A stretch of DNA of 64,000 nt from positions 62,001 to 126,000 of the forward strand of contig NW_003314434.1 in the NCBI RefSeq assembly GCF_000143415.4, in the 5' to 3' direction. The notes under the pieces are model-generated. The model was not told where the DNA came from. It ran no database searches and saw only the letters and a program-made list of their open reading frames with translations. This document shows, piece by piece, positions 36,900 through 51,349 of this stretch. The stretch is from Selaginella moellendorffii (Eukaryota > Plantae > Lycopodiophyta). Within the stretch, counting starts at the first letter, position 1. Every line of letters begins with the position of its first letter. The translations under genes and the position numbers were made by a program.

Positions 36900-39800
36900 A
36901 CATAGTGGACACTTTATGCCAGTTTGCACTCGTGCTAGTTAGAGATAGCAACCAGCAAACTTCCATACAGTGTCTAGGGTACGGGGATATTTTTCACACC
37001 TATGAAAGCTTGATTATCAAATTACTCAGGATTCATGATTCACTACAGATATCGAGTCGGAGAGTCTGCCACCCATGGCTCTTCCTGCACAAATCCACAT
37101 TCTACAGCAAGACACTAACTTGACATACTTATTTGGCAATGGCAACATCTTTGCCAAGACACATGTCACTTATTTCGAGCAATATTGCATGTCGAAGGGC
37201 ATCATCGAGGATGATTATAAAACTCCATGACTTCTTGCAATCGCTCATTAGCCGAGCAACAGTGTGGGCAGAGACACTCTTAGAGGTAGACATGGCTGAC
37301 TACTCCACATTCAAAGCATCTTTCTAGGGTTACTTTGATCAATAGCAACCGGCATCACTTACTCATGGATTTGTTCACTTTTTGGCAAGGAGCATATGAA
37401 TCTATGCTAGAATATGTGATGTGGTTCAAGTTTTACTGGAAGGGGTGTGTCCAATGCAAGGTCATCACAAATGAACCTCATTGTTGTAGTAGAGACTTTA
37501 GAGTGGGATCTTCTCCAAGAGCTCAGGATTTCCAGGGTAGAGGAGGCTTTCCTCCCACTTTTAGATGAGAGCTCATATGCTGCCGTGGTCCATTTTTCTC
37601 CAACCCCACACAACAATGATAGAGTTTCCCTAGTGATCAAGAAGGCATTGTCAGAGCTTGCAAGATACAAGGAGATCATCTAGTAGCAGCGACAAATGCA
37701 AGAGAAGCTACTTGAGAAGTTTAGAGCATGCTGCTTACAATAGGTAGAGAGACTGAGATGCCCTCCTTGTTCTTGGTACTACTCACATTGCAATGTTACA
37801 ATGCACAACACAGAGAGATGTTGGAAGCTTCACCCAAAACTTCGACCACCTTCTGTCCAGCATGTTCAGCCGAAACCTCTACCAGACAACACATTTCTTC
37901 CATGGCCAAAGATAGATACCAGCAACAACTGGAATAGAAAGCAATCAAAGACACCCCATCATTGAGCTGTGGAAAGATAGTAATGTATGTCAACACAATT
38001 TATATTGCAGAGGATGGTTATAAGGTGGCTGTTGTGACTCAACGGCGCAAGAAGGTTTCTCCTCTAGCCCCAGATATTGATGGTGAGCAGGATCCAACTC
38101 CAGTTTCCAGAACTTCCCCATCTCTCATGGCGTACAAGTTACCCCATATTTCGGTATTTACAGCACCACCCACATCCTTGGCCACAACTTCGAATCCAAC
38201 AGCCAGATATTCATCCAACTTTTAGTGTGAAGTCTCCCAGTTGCCCTCCACTCTTTCTCGGGTCCCACAAGAGGTTCTTGCTCAGATTGTTGACACTCCA
38301 GTCCAGATCACACTTGGTGAGCTTTTGCAATGTATACCCGGTTTTATTCCTTAGCTGGAGGCTTTTGCAAAGTCCACAGGCATCCCCGTGGAACTTCAGC
38401 ATGACATGCACATCATCAACACTCAAACCACTCATGATCCTAGAGCATTCTTTGTGGAGGTCAACATTGGTGATAGATTTTTGACAACATAAGCATTACT
38501 TGATTCTGGATCCCAGAGCAACATCATCTCCCTTGACTTGGCACTTTCCAGTGGCTTGGAAGTGGTGAGAAACACAGTTGTCATCCTCAAAATGTTTGCC
38601 AATCACTCAGTGGTCCTTGCAGGCATTTGTCAGAATGTCAAGATCTTTGGTGCAAGGAGTGGTATCCATGCTAGATTTCCTTGTTATGGACTTCCAACAG
38701 CTAGGATCTGGGAAGCTGAAGGACTCCATCATCTTAGGACGGCCATAGCACCTTGTAGCCACTTGCACAACAACTTAGGCCAAGGGAGAATCAACAATTA
38801 CTGATAGCATCCATGTAGCAACTTTTCTCAACGCCCATGGTTGTTCTCTACTTCTATCTAGCTTGTCTCAAGTGGATGCTTCTTCCATCACTGAAGTTGA
38901 CTAGGCTCTCAAGGTTTTTTTCCTGATGAAACTTATCAAGGATGACATGCTGCTAAAGATTCAAGTTATTGACTGCAATATGATTGAGGATAACATTATT
39001 ATTGGTTCAGCTCTTATAGAAATACGCTCCTATCCTTGACTAAAAAAAGCAAAAAAGAAAAAGTTTGAAAGGGATCTCTGGACTTGTGTAGTGATGGCAA
39101 AGAAGTCAAGTGTTGATGTAGTCCAATCCATGTTGAAGAAGTCAATAACAAATTTAGGGATTTCACATCGATTCCTTTGCTGTAGCATAGTGAAGGATCT
39201 ATCAAAGTGGTGGATTTTCCAAGCACTTTTCCAACTCTAGCACCACTTAAGGAGTCACTAGGGGCCCCTACTGAGGATCTATTGACCACTTTCTTCTAGA
39301 CAAATAGCCATCTCCAATTTCCTCCAACAAATGCCTTGGAGTGGTATCTGCTGCAGCCATGGATTTTTTGACTTGCTTTATAGTGTGGAGCTTCCATCTT
39401 GAGCCTATGTCCACCCTAAGTTGTACTAACTCTACCTTTACAGAAAATTCCCCAAGAAGCATATACTTTACCATACAACCTTGGAAGCTTGCCTGCCAAT
39501 GTGCTCACACCTTCTCAAAATACAACTTTTGATCCTAGACTTCTTCATTACTTTCCTTAAAGTCCTTTACATGATCTTAGCATTGAGACAAAGCATTTTC
39601 AGGTGGTACATAGTAGTTTTTGAGCTGTCAACGAAACAAAGTCACAAGGCATCAACAACACTTTGGAGAGCACAACTTTTTCACTCTCTTTGAGTACACT
39701 TTTGACTTTCCAGCTTAGTGACTACACTCTTGGTGGCACGAAGGGAGAGAAACTTGGACCACCAAAGCTTTGTATTGGCGAGTCCAATAAGATTTGCAAT

Positions 39801-39900
39801 GGGCCAAGTGTGTTCTTGGCCAGCACGATAGTCTTGAGGAGCGGAACCTCCATTGGTTGGTAGCAATCTCAAGATGGACCATTCAAGTTTCCACAGCAGA
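36900..39900 (+). mobile_element. Decayed Ty3/gypsy-like gag-protease remnant; most of pol missing or unrecognisable
   Basis: Gag-like ATVWAETLL..YSTFKASF and LFTFWQGAYESMLEYV; QIVDTPVQITLGELL; aspartic protease ALLDSGSQSNII (~38493-38528); many stops and frameshifts. 35812-36900 may be its LTR/leader. Confidence 0.7.
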
Positions 39901-40308
39901 ACTTGATGTTGTAATCTTCGAAAGAAGAAAAATCTTACAAACTTCAAGTTTAGATCAAGGACTTACTGAAAGGTCAACTTTATTCCACTCATCCTTGTGT
40001 CTAAACTTTGTACCAGTGGATCCACTGTTGGTATTTGTGATTATCCTGGTGAGCATCATGGATCTGTTGCTGACAGCATTGTCGAACCACCATACAAAAA
40101 AGAAATAAAAGCATTTGACATTAGATTAAATAAAAGTTACAAATAAAAAAAAGGCAAATATTAGTTACTTAAAACAGTGTTTTTGAATTATAGCAACACA
40201 TTTTTTTAAAAAATGAATAAATAAGCTTAAAAAAAATTTAAATTTGATTATTGTTGATTTTTTATGAATACTTATTAACAAACACGGTATACACAAATTT
40301 CATTGCTC

Positions 40309-41398
40309 CTACTTACTTGAAGATGTATACAATGTGAGGGACAGCCCATCCAGGTTTTCAGCATTACTGGATGCGCTTGGCGTGGAAATACTCTCTGTGT
40401 TATAATTTGCAGCAGCAGCTGGACTACTGCCAATCCCCTTGCTCTCTTCCAGCAGCTGGTGATTTGCTACGACAAATCTCCTCGAGGGATAGAAACTTGC
40501 CTGGTCATGCTGGCTCAAGAGCTCTTCCTTGACGTTATAAGAAGGTACGCCGCTTTGGTTTAGCGATCTTGCATGATCCACGGGAAACACGGGAAGAGCG
40601 AACGCGTGATCATGCCTTGCGAGAGGAAGGAACTGGTGCTCCAGGCTCAAGGCTGCTGCTGGAAATGGTGGCGGCGAAGCTGCGGGAGTTGATGATCGAG
40701 GCGATCCAAGCCGTGATTGGCAGTCTTGGAAGCTGTAGATTGCGCTGGCATGATCGGCGCCGATAGCTAGAGATGATTGCCGGTGAGCGAGAAGATCACG
40801 CAGAGCATTTTCCTGCTGCTGCTGCTGCTGGTGATGGTGGCTCTTCTTCCTGGCGCTCAGGTCTTCTCCGCTCGAAGTCTCGCTTTGATCGTGCTGCCTG
40901 CTATTCAACGAAGACGAAGGACTCGTCTCCAAAGGCTTCGCGGAGGAAGTCTCCTTCGCTCTCTTCATCATCTCGCTACACCCCTAACAGAGCAAAGAAC
41001 TAGTGTAAGTTGATGATCATAGTTCTCTTGGACAAAACTATAAGAACGTCTTCAAGGGGAAAGTATGGAGAGCTTCTTACTTTCTTGTAGATGGTGCCAT
41101 CTTCCTCGACGTGCCAGCCCGCCTCGTCGCACAGCGCCTTGAGAACCTCGTTGTGATCGGCGTGCTTGGGGAGAGCGTAGCCACCATGCGCTCGCAGCCC
41201 AGCAAAGATCTTGGCCGCCACCGCGCGGCGCCGCCTCTCCCTCTTCTTGTTGTTCTCGCGCTCCCGCTCCGTGGGATTCCTCCACACCACGCCGCCTTTC
41301 CCAGCCGGCCTCTTGACCTTCCATGGCCCGGAGGTGGGCTTGATGCAACCACGCACCGTGCATTTCCTTCCCGGCCTGGACGACGCCGACTCCTCCAT
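40309..41398 (-). CDS. BES1/BZR1 family transcription factor, 2 exons
   Basis: [65 protein letters not shown]; Ser-rich second exon ending LSLTL (EAR-like). Confidence 0.92.
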
Positions 41399-42633
41399 TG
41401 CGACTTGATCGATGCTCGCGAGTGCTCGTGATCCAAGCGAGAAAGAAGACTGTTCTAGAGAACGCTTGGCGACGATCCTATCTCTCTCCAGCAGCGCTCA
41501 TATCTCGACTAGAGTCTATAAGATACACAGCGTGTGGGAGAAGCCAGCTCGAGGAAAGAGAAAAAAATCCTCTCTCTCTCTCTCTCGCGGTGGCTTGCAC
41601 TTCACGAAAAGATAACGATCGAGAATTGGGATGGAGCAGCGACGATCTTAGAGCTGGAAGCTGAGAATTGGAATGAGGAAGAAAAAAATCGTGACTGTCT
41701 GACCGACCAAATTCTCCCAGCAACGAGAGCGAGAGAAGAAAAAAAAAGAGAAGAAATAGATTTGGATTGAGCAAACTTTCGCTTACAACTTTTTTTTGTT
41801 CTTCCGACTCGCCCTCACTGTGGTTAATCCTTTTTTCTCCAAGCTGCGCTGGGGACTATCATTTAGATTTGTCGCCAGTGGCAGCGGTCAGGAAAAACGA
41901 AACGAAACGCTATCAAATCTCACCGGGTGTCAGTGTTCTTCACTGCCGGTAAGTTTTCGCTAACATTTTTATCTCGTCTTAAACAAAGTTGGTAAGAGAA
42001 AAGAAAACATTCTCAAACGAAGCACAGGGTAATTATTTCCAATTACCAGTGCCAAAGTTTTTGGTATTTTGCGATCACATTCACCTGCGCTCGAAAAATC
42101 TTGCCACATTTTCTTTTTTTTCTCTCGGTCCAATCAAAGGCGAGTGTTGGCTTTCCGTTGCGTTGCCTAAAACTACGATGCCGCCAAAACGCCACTATTG
42201 CGCAGCGTGTCAGCCATTTCCATGGGCTCCATGTCCTGGGATATTCCCAGACGTGGCGAGGCATATACCCCTCCCGCTGTGGATTATCCCGCGGATATGC
42301 TGCCAGGAAGTCTCACGCCAGACAATCATGGTTGATCATAATCTTAAGTAACAACTAGATTCCAGCGAGCGGCAGCAGAGCCTTTTGGTTTTTTTTTCTC
42401 ATTGGTTCTCTTTTGGAGGAACTCTGTTCTCCGTCGTCGAGAGAGAATGGATTGCGAGAACAAATCGAGGAGCAAATCTTCCCTGCGAGCGAGAATTTCT
42501 TCTGTAACGGCTTCCAACCTCCAACACTGATCTTTAATATTCCTTCGCAAAATCTACGTCTGGAGCAGCACAAAAACAAAACAAGACAAGAAGGAAATCC
42601 AAAAAAAATGGGAGGAGCTTACCAACGTCGTCT

Positions 42634-45200
42634 CTACTGCTCCGGACCAGTGCCTGCGATTTGCGACCTCCGGATCCCCCAAAAGCCTTTCGGATTCATG
42701 CCGCTCTTTGCAGCCGTGAATCTCCATCCCATATGTGCGTCGCACACGCAGTTCGCGATCGTCCAGGCATAGCTACGATAGAAAACAACTCAAGTGAGAG
42801 AGAAGAGGAAGAGAATACTGTAATCTTACCCGGGAAACCAGCTGTGCTGTGTTTCCGGACGACCACGTAAGTTGAGCCCCTGTGCTTTGCGAAGAGTAAG
42901 CGTCTCATGCACGTAGCCGTGCTCGTTCACGAAAGCGTTCATAGGACCGTCAGCAGACATGACAAGCATGTCACTCCGCCTAGCAATTGTTGCCTGAAAA
43001 AAACATTTACAGATCACATGTAAAGAAAAACAAAAGAGAGAGGCCTACTTTGCAACTCTTGCAGCGAATGAGATCCATACTCTCGAGAAGCTGGACTTCC
43101 CTTCGCAGCCTGTAAACGACGTCCAACTCAAGAAGCTCCTGCCTAGTCTCGTCTGGAAGCGGCATCTTGCTAGCAATGAAGAACGACAGTAGTCCAGGAT
43201 TACCGACGAGTTCATCCATGCTAGGAAGCTCGACCATTTGTCTCCACATATCTGGGATCAAGCAGAGTTAAGACCACCGAGGAAAAAGCTCTCAGAATTT
43301 GTTTTTCTGTACCTTACCTGCTGCTCTGCGAGATAGATCATACGCGTCATACATCCGGTAGACCCAGTGTGGCCAAGCAGCCCGTTGTCCCCTAGAAATC
43401 CACTTGGCCTCGTCTCTAGCCCAAGCTTTGGAAGCACCACCCCACTCTCCATCCGAGCGGGACCATTTACGAGTCATGGCGTTTTCAGAGCTCTCGCCAG
43501 CTTGGTTTTGATTAACAGGCTGAGACGATGTTGCTGGTAAGTTTCTTTCCACGGACGGTGAAGTATCCAGATCCTCTACATTCCGTCTTCTGAGCCATCT
43601 GGGAAGTACCATACTACCGTCCTCTTCGTCACTGTCGTCGTGGTGAAACTGTAGTAGCAGATGCGTCAGAGTTCCCTGGCCATTCAGGAACCGTGTCACT
43701 TGACTCCTTATATCACCACTAGCTTCAGGGCCCGCGTCCAGAGGTACCTCATCGTCGTCTTCCACGGGATCAGGAGACTCATGAATGGCACGAGGGACTT
43801 TTCCACTTTCTCTGCTGGGCACAGCAGCCTTGGCCGAAAAAGCATCTCTTGGGACTTGCAAAGGTCTCGTTTCTTCAAGTATCTTGACTAGACAACATGG
43901 CTGAGGAAAGAAAAGAGAAATAACAAAGCATCCGGGAAATGAATATAAAATCTCGTTACCGTATCATTGTCATCACTCCACGCATCTTGAACTCGAAACC
44001 TTTGACGGCCCCTTGCAACAACGGTGATGGAACCATCAAGTGAGTGCCTTAGTTGACGAATCTGCTAGTTGCAAGCAAACGTAAATGAGCAAAACCGAAA
44101 CGATGATGTCATACCTCAGCTGTGGTTCCCACGAGAGCAGGATAAACAGCATTGTCCTTCCGCCCAACGTGAAGCTGGAAAATGAAAACCGGGGAGATTA
44201 AAGAACTACTGATTCTTACTGATTAAAGAACCGGTTAATGCTTACGTATCAGGAAATAGTGCTGCACATAGCTAAGTTAGAAAGATTTTCTCTCCATCAA
44301 CACACGTTACTGTCTGGCAACCATCTAAAGAAAGCATTGTTTTTTGAAGTGCATGGACAGAAATGCAAACCAAGAAGAGTCAGAACAATACCACAGCGAG
44401 TGTATACGGTGCATGGTCCTGACTTATAGCCGTCACGACGGCGGCCTTACACCTCCGCCGCACAACTTTGAGAGGAAGCGTGGCTTCTGGAAAAAGAACA
44501 ATGCCTGCAAAAGAAAACTTTAGAAGCGATCACCCCAAAGGCACAAATCTTCACCTTCCAAGTATAAAATAGGAAGCCTCACGACGCTACCTTCTTCCAG
44601 GAACGCACGAATGTGTCCCGTGTCGTCCACATCTACCGAGTTGACTCTAAGATCTGGACCGATAGAACAATAAGATCTTACCACCAAGGTACACGTGTCT
44701 GCTCGCTAGAGATGTATCAAACGTGAATCCAGGCCGAGGAGCTCTAGCGATGCGTCCATGCCTGCGTAGCAACGTTCTTTTAGTTCTTGCCAGAAGAAAC
44801 GAATATCTAAATCATGAATCCTCAAGAACTTATTCGCAGCAGAAGAAAACACACAAGAATTCCTTGAAGAAAAGGTCTGTGGTTCATGAACAAAAAATGC
44901 AGATCATACCAAAGAATTCCGAGGCAAAGAACACATGAAAAGAAAAGAATAGATCAATCAAACAAGCTAGCAATCCCATAATCCAATGATCGAAAGAGAA
45001 AAATGGAGCTACCTGATGTGCGAATCATTGTCTTCCTCCTCCTCCTCCTCCTCGAGCTCTTCCATCTCGAGCGCCTCGATTTGCTCCACCTGATGCCGCT
45101 CATTGTCCGTCATCCGGCGACGGCTCTGCTGCTCCACGACGTGATCCAGCGCCGCCTCATCGATCCCTCCAGCGCCATCCTCGTGTTCTTCGTCGCTCAT
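42634..45200 (-). CDS. CRBN: Cereblon homolog (LON N-terminal substrate-binding domain + CULT domain)
   Basis: Acidic N-term; LPILYLE/GIVLFPEATLPL; RGRQRFRV; CKSC; FVNEHGYVHE; QHSWFPG/YAWTIANC..HMGWRF; FWGIRRSQI. Confidence 0.9.
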
Positions 45201-45697
45201 ACCTCGCTCTCACCCTAAATAATATTTCATGCCAATCCAGAAAGCTAGGGTTCTTACGTCTCGTCCACAATGGCGCCCACAATATTATGGCGCCCACACG
45301 TATGTCTCTTTTAAGCTCGATCGCGCGCTTGGCTCTCAATCGCGATTTTCTACCGCATTCTTTCTAGGTAGGCTTTAGATCGATTCTCTTGCATTTTACC
45401 CCGGATTCTTGCGTAGTTCTCAGCTGCAAGAAGGAAAAAAAGATATAGATAGAATTTCTTAGTACTCCTTTAAAGTCGAACGTAGTTTCTGACAACTCAC
45501 ACAGATCTTAGAGATTTCTAAAATCCTCAAAGAAAGTATAAAAGAGAGCGCCTCAGGAGGGAGAAAACATACTAGAGTACGCAAGCTTTTGCAAAGTGGA
45601 TGATGGAATCATCCCACCATGCTTTCTTTCTAATCGCAAGTGCCTTCCTTTTTTCTCCTTATTCTTTGCTTTCTCTTTGTTCTCCGTTTGATTTGAT

Positions 45698-46922
45698 TCA
45701 AACCGAGCTGACATATTCTTCGTGCTCCTCCTTGTTGTCAGGAATTGCCGGCGGTGCCGCGCTCGATTCAACGTAGCCGCCATACACATACGATACGAAT
45801 CCCCAGCAGGAGAGGAGCAGAGCCATGACTTTAAGCCCACCAAAAGCGTCATGGAAGAAGATATATGCAAACACTGCTCCCACTGGGATCACCACGGTAA
45901 GAATCACTCCAGCCAGCAGCGACGATGAGAGAAAAATAACACCCATTGTTCCCAGGAACGCAGCTTGCCAGGCCAGAGTGGAGCACAACAAAGTCACGAA
46001 GTAGGCGAGACTTCCGGCCTTGAACACCGCGGCCTCGACGTGAATGGCCTCAAAGTCGTTGTTGATGGCCATGCCGACAGTGGAGACGATGGTAGCAACC
46101 AGCGCGGTGGAGGTTTGCATTTGCAAGACTAGCAAGGTGGACTTTCGGCCCAGGACTTTGGCAAAGACGAGCTCGGTGAGGGACAGGATGAGGCCGTAGA
46201 GTCCAGCAGCAGTGATCGTCATGACATAGCCGTGCCCCGTCTGCTCCCGGCTAACTCCCGGAAGCTCGTCGGAGCTGGAGTGGAGGCCCAAGAGCACGGC
46301 ACTGGAGCTGACGAGCACGATGGAGTTCCAGACGTATGGGCCGATGCTCTTCCGGAGGAGGAACAAGGCGAAGAGGGAGTTGAAGGCGAGCTGGCTGGAT
46401 GTCAAGAGTCCTGCAGTGGAGGCCGGGAGATACGACATCCCCCACGAGTAGAGGAAGTTGTCGAGAGCGATGAGGCAGCCGATGGAAGCGAAAGCAGCGA
46501 CGAGTTTGAAGCTGAAGGGTGCGAGAAGGTGGTGGTGGCCGGGGGAATCGCTGCTGCTGCTGCTGGCTTTGAAGTAGACGATCAGCATTGCGAGCGCACA
46601 GACCGGCCAGCCAGCGGTTTGGACCCAGCCGCAGAGCCAGCGCCGGGAGCCACCGTTGGAATAGTAGAAGCGCATGAGCAGCGTGGCGGCGATGAAACCG
46701 ACGAACATTCCGGTGGAGCTCAGGCACAGGAGCAGCCAGTGCTTGCGGCTCTTGCTCCTCAAGGCCCGCGCCAAGGCCGTGCTCCATTCGCCATCGAAAG
46801 CACTCAAGCCTGGAAAACCAAAATACCAACACCGTACGTTTCGGTTCTTTATATGCAAGGTGGATCTCACCTTTGGGCATGGTCTCTTCTGGAGCAACTT
46901 TGTCGGCATTGAGCTCCGCCAT
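45698..46922 (-). CDS. Purine permease (PUP) family transporter, 2 exons
   Basis: RFYYSNGGSRRWLCGWVQTAGWP, DNFLYSWGMSYLPAST, SQLAFNSLF, SSLLAGVI; many hydrophobic segments; ATG at 46922 with a short first exon. Confidence 0.9.
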
Positions 46923-47439
46923 AGATACTCGGCTATTTTGTCGATCTAGCAGCCTAAAATTCTCTCTTTTCCAGGACTGCAAGTGAACAAGCTGCGATAC
47001 GATTATAAAACTCGAGCTCGCAGCTACTGGCAAACAGCGGGACGTGATATTGGGCGACAATGACAAGCACAGGCGCAGGCATGCACTCTTAAGTTGGATA
47101 CACTCTTCCAAGCGCTCGCGCGCTCGCCATTTCTTTATAGTGAGGACACACCCATTGGGAGGACGGATGCGAAACCATGACATCACAGGCTTTGATGTAA
47201 GATCGTCTTTTTCAAATCCATTTCTCACAGGACACCTCAAATTCTTTGGCAAAGACATATAATATAAGCATCATGCTGGTCAGTGTCTCGGGAGTGTCGT
47301 GGTGGATTTCAGCCTCAAACTAAAGTTTTTGATTCTCTCATGGATAAATTCGCTTACTGTTACTTGTATATAATACAATGGCCATTAAGTCAAAAAGGAA
47401 ATATTTTGGCATATAACAAGCATCATAGCTCTCCAACTT

Positions 47440-48270
47440 TGGAGCCTTAAAAACGCTCTGACCGCACAAATATAAGTTTCCGGCCCATTCACGAGATTAC
47501 AGCTGACGATACTCCTAAGGATTAAGCAAGACCACGCTTTCAAGAAAGAAATCTAGAATATTTTAGAGAAGTTTTTTAGAGTACCTTGTGAGCTTCGAAC
47601 TTCTCTCGCGTGTAGCAAGAGCCAATTTCCTGATTGAGGAGGTGCGCATATGAAACAGTATAAAGCCAGGAAACTTTACCACAGAGAGAGAGACAGATGT
47701 TCCAGGAAGGCCTGCTGCCGTCTTGCAATATCCCCGAGCATGATTTCCAAGCGATTCGCAGCAGCAACTGCTCGGGGGAAATGGAAGAGTTTTTGACGCT
47801 CTTTAGAGAATCGTCCGAAGGCTCACGCGTGGCAAATACTTTGGAAGCAGGAGGAGTATCTGTCTGCAATCAAGAGTGAAAATCAAAATCTTACAAAGAT
47901 TGCCTTTTCCCTGGAAAGCGAACCTGGAGATTTGAGTGCGGAGTGTGCGGAGTGCGGAGTGTCCAGCACAGGGACCGTTGAAACTGCGCCCCTCAAAACG
48001 GCTTCCCTAGTTGCTGGACACAAAGCTCGCTCCGATGATGGATGGAATCACACCGTTAGCTCAATCATTTTAAGACGAGCTTACCTGGGAATATAATCGA
48101 TTTCATTCGCTCAATCGCGCTCCTCACAGCCTGAGTAAAGGGGCAAGAGAAAAGAGAACAATACGGGGCACCACAGACCTTCTGATGTAACCTTTCCAGC
48201 AGAGCTGTAAGATTTTAAGAAATCGCACGGACCATATCTCAGTGGAGCATCTCGGCACATGCATCGTAAT
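47440..48270 (-). pseudogene. Possible small spliced gene or gene remnant of unknown product
   Basis: Several GT..AG pairs with pyrimidine tracts and short open segments (e.g. 47576-47869). No recognised motif and no convincing full model. Confidence 0.25.
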
Positions 48271-48325
48271 TTTATATAGTCCGCGGAGCCTCCTTTCTAC
48301 GTAAGCGAACAGTTGTCCCCTCTTA

Positions 48326-50008
48326 CTAATCTTCCTCCGGGTCCTCCATTAATGTCGTGTCATCCAAATAGTGCTGGCCACCGTCAACGTTGTTGGAAAG
48401 CATGCTAGCATCGATATGTTTCCATTCGCTTTGGAGCTCATCCAGAGCTTTCGAGGCAGCACGAGAGACCTCGAGATTTTCGTCTTCAGCTAATCTCTGG
48501 CCAGGGGCATAGGGCGCGTGGTAAATGCCGCTGTATGGAAAAAAAACAGAGCTAACCTGTAATGCGCTGATTCCAGCATTTCCAAGGGCCAAAAGAGACG
48601 GTGCATTTGCAAGGGCATCAACTAAAGCACGCCTGCGTGACAAAAAGGAATTAACGACCTCGGACCACAATTCGCAAGATATAGAACATAAAAGGCCTTG
48701 CCTGGTTGCAATATCTGGAGAGCTCGCGGTCTGCGTGACAAGAGTTGCACCACTTGCACCATGAACTTCATCCATATCGAGAAGTGTTGCTATTATATAT
48801 TCGAGCTAGACAGATGCAAACATCAGCAGGAATTGAAGCAGGATATTCATATACCTCATCCGGATCACTATCGTCCAAAACATTGACCTCCGCCAACAGT
48901 GACGCCATTTTCACGTAGGCTTCCTGTTGACTAGACGTGTTGTGTACGGCTTAGAAATTGTTACAACAAGTGAAAGAAAGAGACCTCAAATTCGGCAACT
49001 CGGTCCAAGGTTGTTTTCTTTACAGGACGTGAAGTTTCGTCCGTACCAGGATTCAGCGTTGTAGTTTCAGCATTTTCTCTGCAACCAAATAATAAAATGC
49101 TCACTACCGCAAAGAAAAAACACAAAATCTCTTACTTCATCAGCAACACCTTGACGGCAGCATCATGAATGCTCTTCACTGCCTGCATGCGGAAGGAGAG
49201 TCTTACACATTCATATTTATATGCAAGCCACCTGAACAGTTGCAAAAGAATCTTCCATAGCTCGTCTACGAGCTCGTAAATCGGCCAAGCGGAGATCGGC
49301 CTGTAAGAGGAATACATTACGATCGAAAGAACAGGACTTAGGAGCTTACATCCAGAGCTCCGTCATTCCAATGCTCAGTTGCTGCTACTTTCAATTCGCT
49401 GCCTGCAATCTCCTTCAACTTCTGAAAATGGGAGAATCACAAGAGAAAATAAAACGGAAAAAACTTCAGCTGGGGTGGAAATCATCCTCTAAACTAAATA
49501 CTGTGGCTATACGATTGACGCGGTCAGCCTTTCTGTGCGCCCTCTCCCTGGCACGAGCTTTGGAAAAAGAATTATATAAACGTCAAAGCAAAATGATAGA
49601 AGTTCCAGAAGGATGTTCTTACCATCTAGTTTTGTCACTGTCGATCCTATCAACGCCATGTCTTGGCGAGCACGCATGTCCAATCTCGAAAACTCCCTGC
49701 CATGGTAGAAATAAGAAACAAGGCTACAAGGCTCTTACTCACCGAGCTAAAAGAAGAAGATTACTTCGAGCTTTCTCGTCCATATTCTGCGCTGCGGCCG
49801 TCACAAGCATCGCATCCTGCCGGGCATATTTCGCCGCCTCGGCTAAGCGGCACTGGTGCCCAGACTTGTCTTGCTCTTCCAAGCCAGACGAGCCATTCGG
49901 CTTCGCAGCCCGGCAGCAGCACGGCTTCGCGGCGGCGGCGCTGCCGCAATCCCACGCGCGAAAGCTCGATATTCTTCCATTCTCGCGCACTCCCGCCTGG
50001 ATTCTCAT
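48326..50008 (-). CDS. Senescence-associated chloroplast protein AAF/SPA15-like
   Basis: ARQDAMLVT..MDEKAR; spliced LVDALANAPSLLALGNAGISALQ/RLAEDENLEVSRAASKALDELQSEW; transit-peptide-like N-term. Start uncertain. Confidence 0.75.
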
Positions 50009-50310
50009 GACTTACAGCGGCGGTGCTCACGCTGCTAGGGTTCTTGCTCGCTTTGCCATGCCGGGGCCCCCGACCTAGACAGTGCTAAGTAGTGGCCACG
50101 AGAGCGCCACAAATCAAAGACAAAAAGAAAATGATTCCAAAGCTGAATATCCCGCCCCTAACAGAATGTACAGAATATCCCCTGACTGAATATACAAAGC
50201 AAGCAGAATATGCTTGCAGGTTGTGACACGTGGCGGTCGGGTGGCAATGTGCATATACGCCACTTGGCAAGAGGGTTTTAGCTCGTCGATTGATCGAGAG
50301 GAAGAAGAGA

Positions 50311-51274
50311 ATGGCTGCTGTTGGGCCTGGGCCGGTGGCGACGAGGGAGTATGTTCCTGGCGATGCCAAGGAGACCAAGACCAAGGTCTTGGAGTCCGGC
50401 GCTTCAATCCTCCAAAGCTTCGCTCCAGTGAACAAGATCCATCAACATCTTTGCGCGTAAGATCGCAAGCTCCTTCTAGATCTCTCTCGCCTTTGTTGTT
50501 GTTGTGGTTCCCGATTTTCTCTTCTCTGTTTTGGAAGAAGCTTTTCTCCATAGAGTTTTTGGTGTTCCAGCTTCCCTCTTGTGCGTTTTCCTGCCACGAG
50601 AAAACATCAACTTAGAGCAAAGAAGTTTCTCTTTTTGCTTGCCTTTGGCTGACGCCTTGTCTTGGTTTCTTCTCAGCTTCCACGGCTATGGACACGACAT
50701 GAGCCGCCAGGTAGAAGCCCACCACTACTGCGGCCATGTAAACGAAGACATGCGGCAGTGCGTTATATACGACAGCGATGACGCGAACGCGAGGCTCATC
50801 GGCATCGAGTATATCATCTCCGAAGCTCTCTTCATGGGGCTGCCGGACGAGGAGAAGAAGCTCTGGCACTCTCACGAGTACGAGGTGAAGAGCGGCATCC
50901 TCTTCTGTCCGGGCCTGCCCGAGATGGCCGAGCACGCCGAGCTTGCCAAAGTCGCCAAGACGTATGGCAAGACGTTCCACTTCTGGCAGTTTGATCGAGG
51001 AGACGCGCTGCCTCTGGGGCCGCCGCAGCTCATGATGTCCTTCACAAAGGATGGTCAGCTCCACGATAAATTGGCCAAAGGTAAGACTTTGTTGTACCTC
51101 TAGTAATGCTGATCACTCCGTGATTGTCTAGATGTCGAGGAACGATATGGCGTCTCGTTTGCTGCGAAGAAGAAGAAGCGAGCTGATATGAAAGGACCCG
51201 ACCTTGGAATTCATTCCCTGGCTGACTACTGGGAGAAAGGAAAAGGCTTCCAAACTGTCGTTAAGGAGATGTAG
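50311..51274 (+). CDS. Oil-body-associated protein (OBAP/DUF1264), 3 exons
   Basis: [34 protein letters not shown]; [11 protein letters not shown]; [14 protein letters not shown]; [11 protein letters not shown]; [12 protein letters not shown]. Confidence 0.92.
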
Positions 51275-51349
51275 GCGTGGTGTTAGTCCAGGAACTAGAA
51301 ACTAAAAGTGAATGATGTTCTTCAAAAGGCACCTGGATTACACGCTTGT

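Noticed and set aside
46232-47258. Long alternative-frame and antisense ORFs over the purine permease (similar ones over BES1, MYB and the orphan gene)
   Set aside because: Shadow ORFs of GC-rich coding sequence.
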